Assembly (NCBI GenBank): GCA_964457225.1
Contig: CAYWEM010000001.1
Coordinates: forward strand, 78,012-142,011
Source of the DNA: an uncultured Clostridia bacterium
Lineage (GTDB): Bacteria; Acidobacteriota; Aminicenantia; UBA2199
Direction of reading: 5' to 3'
Length of the DNA stretch: 64,000 nucleotides
The position numbers and the translations under genes were made by a program. A model generated the notes under the pieces. The model was not told the origin of the DNA. It made no database searches and saw nothing but the letters and a program-made list of their open reading frames with translations. Shown here piece after piece: positions 38,097 to 46,607 of this stretch (positions are counted from its first letter, which is position 1; each line of letters opens with the position of its first letter).

Positions 38097-38408
38097 TCAA
38101 CTGGATTTTAGCATGGTCAGCATCATCTTGAAGGGGCCCAGGGCGCGCAAGGCATGGGGCAGGCCGGGGGGCATCAGCAGGGAGTCCCCGGCGGCGAGTT
38201 GGAGTTTATCCTCGCCCAGGCTGACCTCAGCCCTGCCCTCCAACATGAAGACCAGGGCCTGGAAAGGCGCGGTATGAGTGCTCACTTCCTGGCCGTCTGC
38301 GAAAGCGAACAGGGTCACCGTGCCGCCCTGGTCCTTGGCGATGATCCTGCTGACGATAGTTCCTTCCTGGTAAGCGATCAGTTCAACCGGTTTCAGTATT
38401 TCCGCCAT
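38097..38408 (-). CDS. Cupin-domain protein
   Basis: Cupin motifs G-x5-H-x-H...G / P-x-G-x2-H (HTAPFQALVFMLEGR, PPGLPHAL). Start at MAEILKP with an AAGGAGA RBS. The ORF-track 5' extension was rejected. Confidence 0.6.
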   Translation of the reverse strand: MAEILKPVELIAYQEGTIVSRIIAKDQGGTVTLFAFADGQEVSTHTAPFQALVFMLEGRAEVSLGEDKLQLAAGDSLLMPPGLPHALRALGPFKMMLTMLKSS

Positions 38409-38419
38409 TTTGTTCTCCT

Positions 38420-39244
38420 TTATTTTTCCTTTCCGGAAATTTCGATGACTATGCGACGCAGGGGCAGGTTCACCCCGGCCCGCTCCAGCGCTTCCCGGGC
38501 GATCCGCAGGGTACCGCTGCAGCATGGTACTTCCATCTGGATCACGGTCAGGCTTGCGATTTCCTGGGTACGGAAGATCTCGGCCAGCTTGGTGATGTAA
38601 TCCTCGACATCATGATCGAGTTTCGGGCACAGTATCAGCGGGACCCGGCCCAGCAGGTAGCGCTGGTGAAAATCGGGGCAGGCGACCGGCACGCAGTCGG
38701 CGGCCAGCAACAGGTGGGCGCCGCGCAGGAAAGGAGCCTGGGGATTCAGCAGGCGCAGCTGCAGCGGCCAGGTGTTCAGGGCCGAAGCACCGGCGGCCGG
38801 CCCCGTCCCCTTTTCATTGAGCAGGCGGCCGGCCGATCCGGGGCAGGAACCAGCCGGCTTGCACCCGCTTCCGGACAACGGAGCCCGGCTTCTATATTCC
38901 GGTTGCAGGCCGTTTTCAGCCAGCCAGGCCCGGGCTGTTTCCAGGTCGGCCGTTTGCCCGTGTTCCTCCAGGTGCCGGAGATGATCGGCCACGGCCTGGG
39001 CGCCCTGCCCGGCTATATTGGCGATCACCAGCCTTTCGTCATAGGCTTCAGCATCCCTTTCAACCACCTTGAGCGCCCCGGTCGGGCACTCGCCCACGCA
39101 GGCTCCGAGCCCGTCGCAGAGTATATCACCGACCAGCCTGGCCTTGCCGTCGACAATGCGCAGGGCCCCCTCGGGACAGCCGGGAATGCAGAGCCCGCAG
39201 CCGTCGCAGAGATCTTCGTTGATTTCAATAATCGCTCTTTTCAC
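38420..39244 (-). CDS. 4Fe-4S dicluster ferredoxin-domain protein with a Cys-rich C-terminal domain
   Basis: CDGCGLCIPGCP and CDGLGACVGECP clusters. C-terminal CPDF...CPKL...VPCCSG. Confidence 0.55.
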   Translation of the reverse strand: MKRAIIEINEDLCDGCGLCIPGCPEGALRIVDGKARLVGDILCDGLGACVGECPTGALKVVERDAEAYDERLVIANIAGQGAQAVADHLRHLEEHGQTADLETARAWLAENGLQPEYRSRAPLSGSGCKPAGSCPGSAGRLLNEKGTGPAAGASALNTWPLQLRLLNPQAPFLRGAHLLLAADCVPVACPDFHQRYLLGRVPLILCPKLDHDVEDYITKLAEIFRTQEIASLTVIQMEVPCCSGTLRIAREALERAGVNLPLRRIVIEISGKEK

Positions 39245-39867
39245 TGTTTTCCTCCTGTTTGATCGTTTTTTAAGGTTATCAGTTCCTTAATTGAAAGCCA
39301 TAGTTCCCGGCCGGACTCTTCCAGGTCAAAGGATCGGCCGTGCAGTCGCCACTGGCCGACCAGCAGGCGCAGGGCCCCCATGATCACCATGAACAGGTGG
39401 CCGGGCGGCACCCGGGGGGTGATACTGCCCGCGGCCTGGCCCGCGGCCAGTATTTCCTCCAACTGGCGGCGATGGCCGGAAATGATCCGCCTGACCCGTT
39501 GGGCCAGTTCGGCATCGGCCTTGAACAGTTCCTCGGAAAACATCACCTCGGTTACCAGGCGGTCGGAAGCGAACAGGCGGCAGCGATCGAGAAAGAAAGC
39601 CGCCACCCGCTCCGGGGCGTTTTGCCCGCCGACTCCGATACGATCCAGGAACTCGCCTGAACTTTGCTCAAAGCGCTCGGCCAGGGCGCTGAAAATCCGG
39701 CCCTTGCTGGGGAAATGGCGGTAAAAGGCGGCCTCGCTGAAACCGAGCCGTTCACTGAGATGCCTGATGGTCAGGGCCTCGATGCCGTTACTGCTGATGA
39801 GATCCAGGGCGGCGCCGATGATCTCTACCTGCCTGGCGCTCAGTTCCTTTTTTACCCGCTCTGCCAT
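39241..39867 (-). CDS. TetR/AcrR-family transcriptional regulator
   Basis: N-terminal HTH ARQVEIIGAALDLISSNGIEALTIRHLSERLGFSEAAFYRHFPSK. Overlaps the downstream Fe-S gene by 4 bp. Confidence 0.8.
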   Translation of the reverse strand: MAERVKKELSARQVEIIGAALDLISSNGIEALTIRHLSERLGFSEAAFYRHFPSKGRIFSALAERFEQSSGEFLDRIGVGGQNAPERVAAFFLDRCRLFASDRLVTEVMFSEELFKADAELAQRVRRIISGHRRQLEEILAAGQAAGSITPRVPPGHLFMVIMGALRLLVGQWRLHGRSFDLEESGRELWLSIKELITLKNDQTGGKQ

Positions 39868-39883
39868 GTTCGGCCTCCACGTT

Positions 39884-39897
39884 AGTTAACGTTTACT
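39884..39897. promoter_or_regulatory. Imperfect palindrome AGTtAACGTTtACT in the tetR / symporter divergent intergenic region; candidate TetR operator
   Basis: 12 of 14 positions are self-complementary. Lies 17 nt upstream of the tetR start codon. Confidence 0.3.
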
Positions 39898-39963
39898 TAC
39901 ATTGCAATTATAGCGGCGATCAGCCGATTTGTCAACCAGGCTGTTTGAAAAAAACAGTCGGAT

Positions 39964-41595
39964 TTGTTAATTCTGTTTCATGCACTCAAGCGGAAAAGGG
40001 GCAAACACAGCCGGGGGCCGATCTTGAATCCGCTCGACTGGCTGGTTCTGGGCGTGACTATCGGCCTGGTCATCCTGATGGGCTACCGCATCGGCAAGCG
40101 CCAGGCCAGTGAAATCGATTATTTCCTGGGCGGCCGGCGCATCCGCGGCTGGCAGATCGGGTTGTCCCTGCTGGCCAACCAGGTCAGCGCCATCAGCCTG
40201 GTCGGGGCTCCGGCCTTCATCGCCCTGCGCAGCGGCGGCGGCCTGCGCTGGCTGCAGTACGAAATGGCCGTGCCCCTGGCCATGGCCGCCATCATCCTGC
40301 TTCTGCTTCCCCTTTACCTGCGCTCCCGTTCCATCACCATTTACCATTACCTGGAGGAACGTTTCGGCCCGCGACTGCGCCTGCTGGTCAGCCTGGTCTT
40401 CCTGGCCGGACGCTCCCTGGGTTCCGGGGTGGCCCTGCTGGCCACCTCCTATGTCACGGCGGTCTGTCTTGACGTTTCACTGGACAGCGCCCTGCTGGCC
40501 ATCGCCCTGGTCACATTGATCTACACCACCATGGGCGGCATCAGCGCCGACATTTTCACCGATATAGTCCAGCTGTTCATTCTCTGGTTCTCGGCCCTGG
40601 TCTGCGTGGCCATCCTGCTCATCCTGCTCGGCGGTCCGCCCGCGGCCGGGGAAGCAGTTGATCCGGCCCGACAGGCCGTGCTGGTCTTCGGAACCGCTTC
40701 CGATTTCTCCTTCTGGCCGATGCTGCTGGGCGGTTTCTTCCTCTATCTCTCCTACTACGGCTGTGACCAGAGCCAGGCCCAGCGCCTGCTGAGTACCGCC
40801 GACCGTTCCCAGGCCCGGCGGGCACTCCTGATCAACGGTTTGCTGCGCTTTCCCCTGGTGGCCAGTTACTGCCTGATCGGCTACCTGCTGATTCCTTTCC
40901 TGGCCGCCCGTCCCGATTTCGCGGCCCTGGTCTCCGATCTGCCGCCGGACTACCTGATGCCCCATTTCTTTCGTTCTTTCGTGCCGACCGGCCTGCTGGG
41001 CCTGGTGGTGGCCGGCATCTTCGCCGCATCCCTCTCCAGCCTGGATTCCGCTCTCAATTCCCTGTCAGCCTCCAGTTGGAACGACATTCTGCTCAAACTC
41101 AAGCCGGCCTGGAGCAGTTTGCCCGATCGCCGCAAGGTCTTGATCTCGAGGACCATGACCGTCTGCTGGGGCGGCCTGGCCCTGGGCTTTGCCTTTTACT
41201 TGTCCGGCTCCGGCACCACGGTGATCGAAACAGTCAACAAAATAGGATCCGCATTTTACGGCCCGGTGGCCGCGGTTTTCGCCGCCGGGGCCCTGCTGCC
41301 GCGCAGCAGGGAGCGGGACGCCCTGCTGGGCCTGGCGGCCGGATTCACCGGCAATCTCTACCTATGGTTGTTCCAGGCGGAAAGCGTCTCCTGGCTGTGG
41401 TGGAACCTGTCCGGCTTCGGCCTGACTTTTCTGCTGGCCTTCCTGCCGGGACTGCTGAGGACCGGAAAGAAAGCTCCGCTCCTGCAACGTCCGCAACCGG
41501 CCGGCGGCGACCTCCGGGCGGTTTCAGTCCTGCTGGGCTGGTTCCTGTTCATCCTGCTGTTTCTGACCGGCCTGCATTTCCTGCTGGGCGCTTGA
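39964..41595 (+). CDS. Sodium:solute symporter family (SSF) transporter
   Basis: ~13 TM segments. SSF-like GGRRIRGWQIGLSLLANQVSAISLVGAPAF. Start codon uncertain. Confidence 0.7.
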   Translation: MLILFHALKRKRGKHSRGPILNPLDWLVLGVTIGLVILMGYRIGKRQASEIDYFLGGRRIRGWQIGLSLLANQVSAISLVGAPAFIALRSGGGLRWLQYEMAVPLAMAAIILLLLPLYLRSRSITIYHYLEERFGPRLRLLVSLVFLAGRSLGSGVALLATSYVTAVCLDVSLDSALLAIALVTLIYTTMGGISADIFTDIVQLFILWFSALVCVAILLILLGGPPAAGEAVDPARQAVLVFGTASDFSFWPMLLGGFFLYLSYYGCDQSQAQRLLSTADRSQARRALLINGLLRFPLVASYCLIGYLLIPFLAARPDFAALVSDLPPDYLMPHFFRSFVPTGLLGLVVAGIFAASLSSLDSALNSLSASSWNDILLKLKPAWSSLPDRRKVLISRTMTVCWGGLALGFAFYLSGSGTTVIETVNKIGSAFYGPVAAVFAAGALLPRSRERDALLGLAAGFTGNLYLWLFQAESVSWLWWNLSGFGLTFLLAFLPGLLRTGKKAPLLQRPQPAGGDLRAVSVLLGWFLFILLFLTGLHFLLGA

Positions 41596-41655
41596 TCACG
41601 ATCGAACCGCAACCCTGCCGTTTCCTTTACAGCCGGGGAGGATTGTGGTAAAAAG

Positions 41656-41664
41656 TGATATAAT
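41656..41664 (+). promoter_or_regulatory. Extended -10 promoter element TGaTATAAT upstream of metG
   Basis: Exact TGnTATAAT, 24 nt upstream of metG ATG. An AGAGAGG RBS follows. Confidence 0.4.
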
Positions 41665-41687
41665 ACAGGCTTTCAGAGAGGCAATCC

Positions 41688-43688
41688 ATGTCCGTCAAAC
41701 GCAAGATCCTGGTAACCGCCGCCCTGCCCTACGCCAACGGTGACATCCACCTCGGCCACCTGGTGGAATACCTGCAGACCGATTTCTGGGTGCGCTTCCA
41801 GAAAATGCGCGGCCACGAATGCCTCTACATCTGCGCCGACGACACCCACGGCACCCCGGTCATGGTCAGCGCCCGGGCCCGCGGAATCAGTCCCGAAGAG
41901 CTCATCGCCGAAAAGAATCTCGACCACCGGCGCGATTTCGCCGCTTTTGAAATCGAGTTCGACAACTATTACAGCACTCACAGCCCGGAAAACCAGGCCC
42001 TGGCCGAGGAATTCTTCGCCGCCATGCAGCGCGACGGCCACATCGCAGTCAGGCCGGTCAAGCAGTTTTTCTGCTCCCGGGACCGGATGTTCCTGCCCGA
42101 CCGCTTCGTAACCGGGACCTGCCCCCGCTGCCGGGCCGAGGGCCAGTACGGAGATTCCTGCGACAAGTGCGGGGCTGCCTATTCCCCGGCCGAGCTGGAG
42201 AGCCCGGCCTGTTCGATCTGCGGCACTGTCCCGGTGGAGCGCGAGAGTGATCATCTCTTTTTCCGCCTGGAAAACTTCCGCGCCTTCCTGCAGGAATGGG
42301 TCAGCCTGCACACCCCGCGCGAGGTGGCCAACAAGCTCGGAGAGTGGTTCGGCGAGGAACTGCGCGACTGGGATATCTCCCGCGACGCCCCCTATTTCGG
42401 CATCCCGATTCCCGGCTATCCGGACAAGTTTTTCTACGTCTGGCTGGATGCCCCGCTGGGCTATATCTCGTCCACCATGGACTGGGCCCGGCGCAGTCAG
42501 CGCGATTTCCGCGAATTCTGGCATTCCGGGGAAGCCGAGCTCTACCATTTCATCGGCAAGGACATCGTCTACTTTCACACCCTGTTCTGGCCGGCCATGC
42601 TGAAAGCGGCCGGGTATAAGACCCCTGACCAGGTTTTCGTGCACGGTTTTCTGACCATCAACGGCGAGAAGATGAGCAAGTCCAAGGGCACCTTCATCAA
42701 GGCCGCCACCTATCTTGAACAGCTCGACCCGCTTTACCTCCGTTACTATTACGCCTGCAAGCTCGGCGCCAACCTCGACGACATCGACCTCAACCTGCAG
42801 GACTTCGTCAACAAGGTAAATGCCGAGCTGATCGGCAAGATCTCCAACCTGGCCTCGCGCAGTCTGCAGATGGTCGACCGCGCCGGCGGCGTGCTGGGCC
42901 GCCTGACCCCGGCCGGCCGGGAACTGCTGGCGGCCTCGGGGGAAAAAGCCGGCCAGGTGGCCGAGCTCTACGAGAAACGGGAATTCTCCAAGGCCCTGGT
43001 CGAGATCCGCGGCCTGGCCGAGGCGGCCAACCGCTATTTCGACGAACAGAAGCCCTGGGAAAAGATCAAGGCCGACCCGGAACAGGGCCTGGCCGTGCTG
43101 ACCGACGTCATCAACCTCTTCCGCCGGCTGGTGATCATGCTCAAGCCCATTCTGCCCTCCTGGGCCGGCCTGGTGGAAGAAATACTGCGCGAAAAGCCCT
43201 ACACCTGGGATTCACTCGGAGAAGAGCTTGAATCCGTCCCGGTCGGTCCCTTCAGGATGCTGGCCGCCAGGATAGAAAAGGAGAAAGTCAACATGATAAT
43301 CGAGCAAAGCCAGGAAAAACCGGCCGAACAACAACCGGCCGTGGAACACGAAGCCCTCTGCCCGACCGTCTCCTTCGCTGATTTCCAGAAAATCGACCTG
43401 CGGGTAGCCCGGGTGCTGGAAGCGGAGATCATCCCCGAGGCCGACAAACTGCTTCGCCTGAAAGTGGACATCGGCCTGGAGACCCGCTCGATCATCGCCG
43501 GCATCAGGCAGGCCTACAAAGCGGAAGACCTGGTCGGCAAACTCATCGTAGTGGCGGCCAACCTGGAGCCGCGGAAGATGAAGTTCGGCCTCTCCGAAGG
43601 CATGCTGCTGGCCGCCGGCCCCGGCGGAGCCGAGGTCTTCGTGCTGAGCCCGGACAGCGGCGCCCGGCCCGGCCAGCGCATCCATTAA
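41688..43688 (+). CDS. metG: Methionine--tRNA ligase with C-terminal EMAP-like tRNA-binding domain
   Basis: HIGH motif ALPYANGDIHLGHL. KMSKS motif. Zn knuckle CPRCRAEGQYGDSCDKCG. C-terminal FQKIDLRVARVLEAE. Confidence 0.9.
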   Translation: MSVKRKILVTAALPYANGDIHLGHLVEYLQTDFWVRFQKMRGHECLYICADDTHGTPVMVSARARGISPEELIAEKNLDHRRDFAAFEIEFDNYYSTHSPENQALAEEFFAAMQRDGHIAVRPVKQFFCSRDRMFLPDRFVTGTCPRCRAEGQYGDSCDKCGAAYSPAELESPACSICGTVPVERESDHLFFRLENFRAFLQEWVSLHTPREVANKLGEWFGEELRDWDISRDAPYFGIPIPGYPDKFFYVWLDAPLGYISSTMDWARRSQRDFREFWHSGEAELYHFIGKDIVYFHTLFWPAMLKAAGYKTPDQVFVHGFLTINGEKMSKSKGTFIKAATYLEQLDPLYLRYYYACKLGANLDDIDLNLQDFVNKVNAELIGKISNLASRSLQMVDRAGGVLGRLTPAGRELLAASGEKAGQVAELYEKREFSKALVEIRGLAEAANRYFDEQKPWEKIKADPEQGLAVLTDVINLFRRLVIMLKPILPSWAGLVEEILREKPYTWDSLGEELESVPVGPFRMLAARIEKEKVNMIIEQSQEKPAEQQPAVEHEALCPTVSFADFQKIDLRVARVLEAEIIPEADKLLRLKVDIGLETRSIIAGIRQAYKAEDLVGKLIVVAANLEPRKMKFGLSEGMLLAAGPGGAEVFVLSPDSGARPGQRIH

Positions 43689-43692
43689 CAGC

Positions 43693-43882
43693 CATCGGTG
43701 CCGTATCTTGCATTATCACATTTTCAACCGACCATAGCGGCGGATTTACTGTCCCAGGGGCCATCGGTGCCGTATCTTGCATTATCACATTTTCAAGCGA
43801 CCATAGCGGCGGATTTACTGTCCCAAGGGTAAACGAGGGTTGCCGCGGGGCCCGGTCCTTCAGAAAATACATATCTTCAAGC
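43693..43882 (+). repeat. Repeat B, copies B1a (partial, 43693-43758) and B1b (full, 43762-43882) in tandem immediately after the metG stop
   Basis: gccatcggtgccgtatcttgcattatcacattttcaa(g/c)cgaccatagcggcggatttactgtccca occurs twice head-to-tail. The second copy extends ...agggtaaacgagggttgccgcggggcccggtccttcagaaaatacatatcttcaa. Confidence 0.85.
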
Positions 43883-43967
43883 ACCCTCCCCCGCCCAACC
43901 CCCTGGCTTTTCTTTTTTTTCTGGTTTTTGTAATAATCATAACCAGCAGAGTCAAAAAAAGGAGGTT

Positions 43968-45428
43968 ATGATGAACCTGAAAAAAGCCCTTGGTATTGTC
44001 CCCCTGCTGTTGCTGAACCTCCTGGTGCTGAACCTCATCATCGGCTCCTCCATGTTGATCGCCGCAAAACTGTCCTGGGGCCTGGCGATCGTCAACTCCG
44101 TCTTCATCAGCCTGCTGGTCCTCTTTTTAGGCTTCTGGTACCGGCAGTTAAGCCTGGGCTGGACAGTACTCGTCGCCATCACCGGAACCATAATCAGCGG
44201 CATGTACATTGCCGATTTCTACGATGTAAAAGACGGGGTTATCGTTGACAGCATCAGGATCGAAGAGGCCCTGAATTATCCCGAGGCCGACGGCTTTGTA
44301 TTCACCAACGGCCGGGTGGAAACATCCCTGGCCGTAACCCACTACGTAGAACACCTGGACCACAACAACAACCTGAAGACTTCCAGCTACTATGCGGCGC
44401 CGATAGTTTCTGAAGATTGGACCGTCGATAAGCCGGTCGGCCTCTTTGCCGTCGCCGCTGCGGATGCCCAGAAAAAAAACTGGTCAAAACCGTACCGGGC
44501 GGCCATCAAGGCTTCGGTTTCCTTCAGGGAGGAACTGGAAGAGGCCGCCAGGAAATGCCTCAGCGAAAACAACCTGAAAGCTGCTGAAGGCTACCGCCTG
44601 GTCCGCTGGGTTGAGGATCCGCAGCAGGCCATAGCCGCAATCTATGCTGATTTCAGCAACACCTGGCTGCTCTGGAATTACGTAACGGGCGCCGGCATCT
44701 TTTTAATCTGGCTTATCGGCCTGGTTAGAGGCCGGAAAAAAGCCGTCCCGGAACAAACTGACAGTAACACGGTTGCGGAAGCCCCTGAAAGAAACTCTGT
44801 CAACCTGCTCATCCGGGTCCTTTTCAGTTTTTACCTGTTTTACATCCTGATGTTTTCTGTTTTTCTGTCCGGCATCGATTTTTCTGACATTTTCCTGACT
44901 CTGCTGATAATCGTGGCCGTGGTTTTTTACATCATATCCCAGGCGGCCTTCCACAATGCACATGTTTATGCCCGGAGAAGCATGACTGAATTAGCCCTGG
45001 TCTTCATCTATCCCTACCTGGCCTATACGGTGATTTTCTTTTCCCTGGACCCGGCCGAAGCTCATTTCTGGATTTTTACCGGGTTCTTTTATTTTCTGAT
45101 GATAAGCGGGGGGTTTGTCTTCGGCATTTTCCTGACCCACTGGCATTTAAGGCAGTCCATCACTTACCGGGATGCCCTGGAACCGGAGGAAAGCGGGGCC
45201 TTGAAAAACAGCCGAAAGAAACCCCTGGTCTCGCTGTCCCTGATGCTGGTCATGTTGTTTATCGCCTTCAGCATCGCTTTCCTGTACCTGTACAATTACG
45301 TGAACCAGGTAAAAAGCCACAACATCCCGCTGTTCTACCTGTTTTTGTCCGCTTCAATCGCCTATCTGGCCATTTTCATCAAGAATGACTCGTTGCAAAG
45401 AAAACGGGCCAGGCATTTCAAGTCTTGA
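43968..45428 (+). CDS. Polytopic integral membrane protein (hypothetical), low-GC relative to neighbours
   Basis: At least 10 hydrophobic TM-like segments. AAGGAGG RBS. Bracketed by direct copies of repeat B. Confidence 0.5.
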   Translation: MMNLKKALGIVPLLLLNLLVLNLIIGSSMLIAAKLSWGLAIVNSVFISLLVLFLGFWYRQLSLGWTVLVAITGTIISGMYIADFYDVKDGVIVDSIRIEEALNYPEADGFVFTNGRVETSLAVTHYVEHLDHNNNLKTSSYYAAPIVSEDWTVDKPVGLFAVAAADAQKKNWSKPYRAAIKASVSFREELEEAARKCLSENNLKAAEGYRLVRWVEDPQQAIAAIYADFSNTWLLWNYVTGAGIFLIWLIGLVRGRKKAVPEQTDSNTVAEAPERNSVNLLIRVLFSFYLFYILMFSVFLSGIDFSDIFLTLLIIVAVVFYIISQAAFHNAHVYARRSMTELALVFIYPYLAYTVIFFSLDPAEAHFWIFTGFFYFLMISGGFVFGIFLTHWHLRQSITYRDALEPEESGALKNSRKKPLVSLSLMLVMLFIAFSIAFLYLYNYVNQVKSHNIPLFYLFLSASIAYLAIFIKNDSLQRKRARHFKS

Positions 45429-45567
45429 ATCAGCAATTTTACCGCCGGCCAGGGCCCAGATTCCCGTTTCCGGCATTAAGACCGGTGGCCAACCGGTTCA
45501 GCTCTGCCGGATAAGGTTTTTTTCAAGTCTCGGCCATCACCCTGGTTCCATACCTGTTTTTATGCCA

Positions 45568-45698
45568 GGGGAAGGGTGAAGCAAAAGCGAACGCTCCCCC
45601 TTCGGGGACAAGAAACGAAGGTGCAGGGAACCGACAAAGATGGGCTGGACGTGCCCATCAGGGTAACATGACCACTGTCTGAGCGAAGCGAGTTGGTC
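45568..45698 (+). repeat. Copy A2: left arm + loop of the palindromic element only, truncated at the junction with repeat B2
   Basis: Matches positions 1-~125 of copy A3, with the small hairpin ctcccccttcggggacaag replacing tcaa. Ends ...agttggtca, then repeat B begins. Confidence 0.8.
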
Positions 45699-45704
45699 AA
45701 GGGG

Positions 45705-45824
45705 CCATCGGTGCCGTATCTTGCATTATCACATTTTCAAGCGACCATAGCGGCGGATTTACTGTCCCAAGGGTAAACGAGGGTTGCCGCGGGGCCCGGT
45801 CCTTCAGAAAATACATATCTTCAA
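45705..45824 (+). repeat. Repeat B copy B2 (direct orientation relative to B1b)
   Basis: Near-identical to 43762-43882 over ~120 nt. Confidence 0.85.
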
Positions 45825-45844
45825 ACTCTGTCCCCTCCCACACA

Positions 45845-46558
45845 CTAAAAATCAGGCGGGGAATCAGGGCTCACTCCCAGTAACTGCTCGAAGCTGAGGT
45901 CCATCAGGGGGTAATCTTCCCAGCCGTGGAAATCGAAATGCCACCACTCGGTGGGATAATGGGAAAAGCCGTGCCGGGCCATGATATCGAACAGCAATTG
46001 CCGGTTCCGGATGACTTCTTCCGGCAAATCGGCGTATTCCGGGTGAGCCCGTTCAGTGAATTCGTCGTAATCGGTGGGCATGGGAATTTCCAGGCCGCTG
46101 TCCAGGTTTACCAGGGTGACATCCACAGCACAGCCGCGGTTATGCCGGGAACCGTAGCGCGGATCGGCCACGAAATCGGGGTCCGGGTAAACTTCGTAGA
46201 ACCTTACCGTGGCCGCGTAGGGGCGATAGGCATCGTAAATCTTCAGGCCCAGGTTCAGCTCAGCCAGCTCGGTCTGTACTCTCTGCAGGGCCGCGGCCAC
46301 CGGCCGCCGGGCGAAGGCCTTCGGCGATGTATAGATTATTTCCCCGGTGAAATTGTCGGGCCCGGCATAGCGGATATCGAGCACGATTCCGGGAATGACG
46401 GCCTCCAGGTCGACCAGTTCCAGATCGGGGTTTGCGGCCGCCTGGGCCCGGTACAGGGAGAGATCGCTGAGCACCTGGAGCCCGGGGCGGCCGGAGTAGG
46501 CCGGCAGCAGCAGGATCAGGGCGGCAGTAACCAGGTAAAGACAGGCTTTCTTCTTCAT
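45845..46558 (-). CDS. D-Ala-D-Ala dipeptidase (VanX/DdpX, peptidase M15D), secreted
   Basis: Signal peptide. Zn-binding SRHNRGCAVDVTL and EWWHFD motifs. Confidence 0.7.
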   Translation of the reverse strand: MKKKACLYLVTAALILLLPAYSGRPGLQVLSDLSLYRAQAAANPDLELVDLEAVIPGIVLDIRYAGPDNFTGEIIYTSPKAFARRPVAAALQRVQTELAELNLGLKIYDAYRPYAATVRFYEVYPDPDFVADPRYGSRHNRGCAVDVTLVNLDSGLEIPMPTDYDEFTERAHPEYADLPEEVIRNRQLLFDIMARHGFSHYPTEWWHFDFHGWEDYPLMDLSFEQLLGVSPDSPPDF

Positions 46559-46607
46559 GTTCGTTCCTTGCTTGCTGTTCTTTTACAGCCTACCATTTTG
46601 CCGGCAA

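Noticed and set aside
39967-41156. Multiple minus-strand ORFs
   Set aside because: Antisense to the SSF transporter gene. Pro/Gly/Arg-rich.
41673-43685. Minus-strand ORFs of 323 aa and 157 aa
   Set aside because: Antisense to metG (HIGH/KMSKS on the plus strand).
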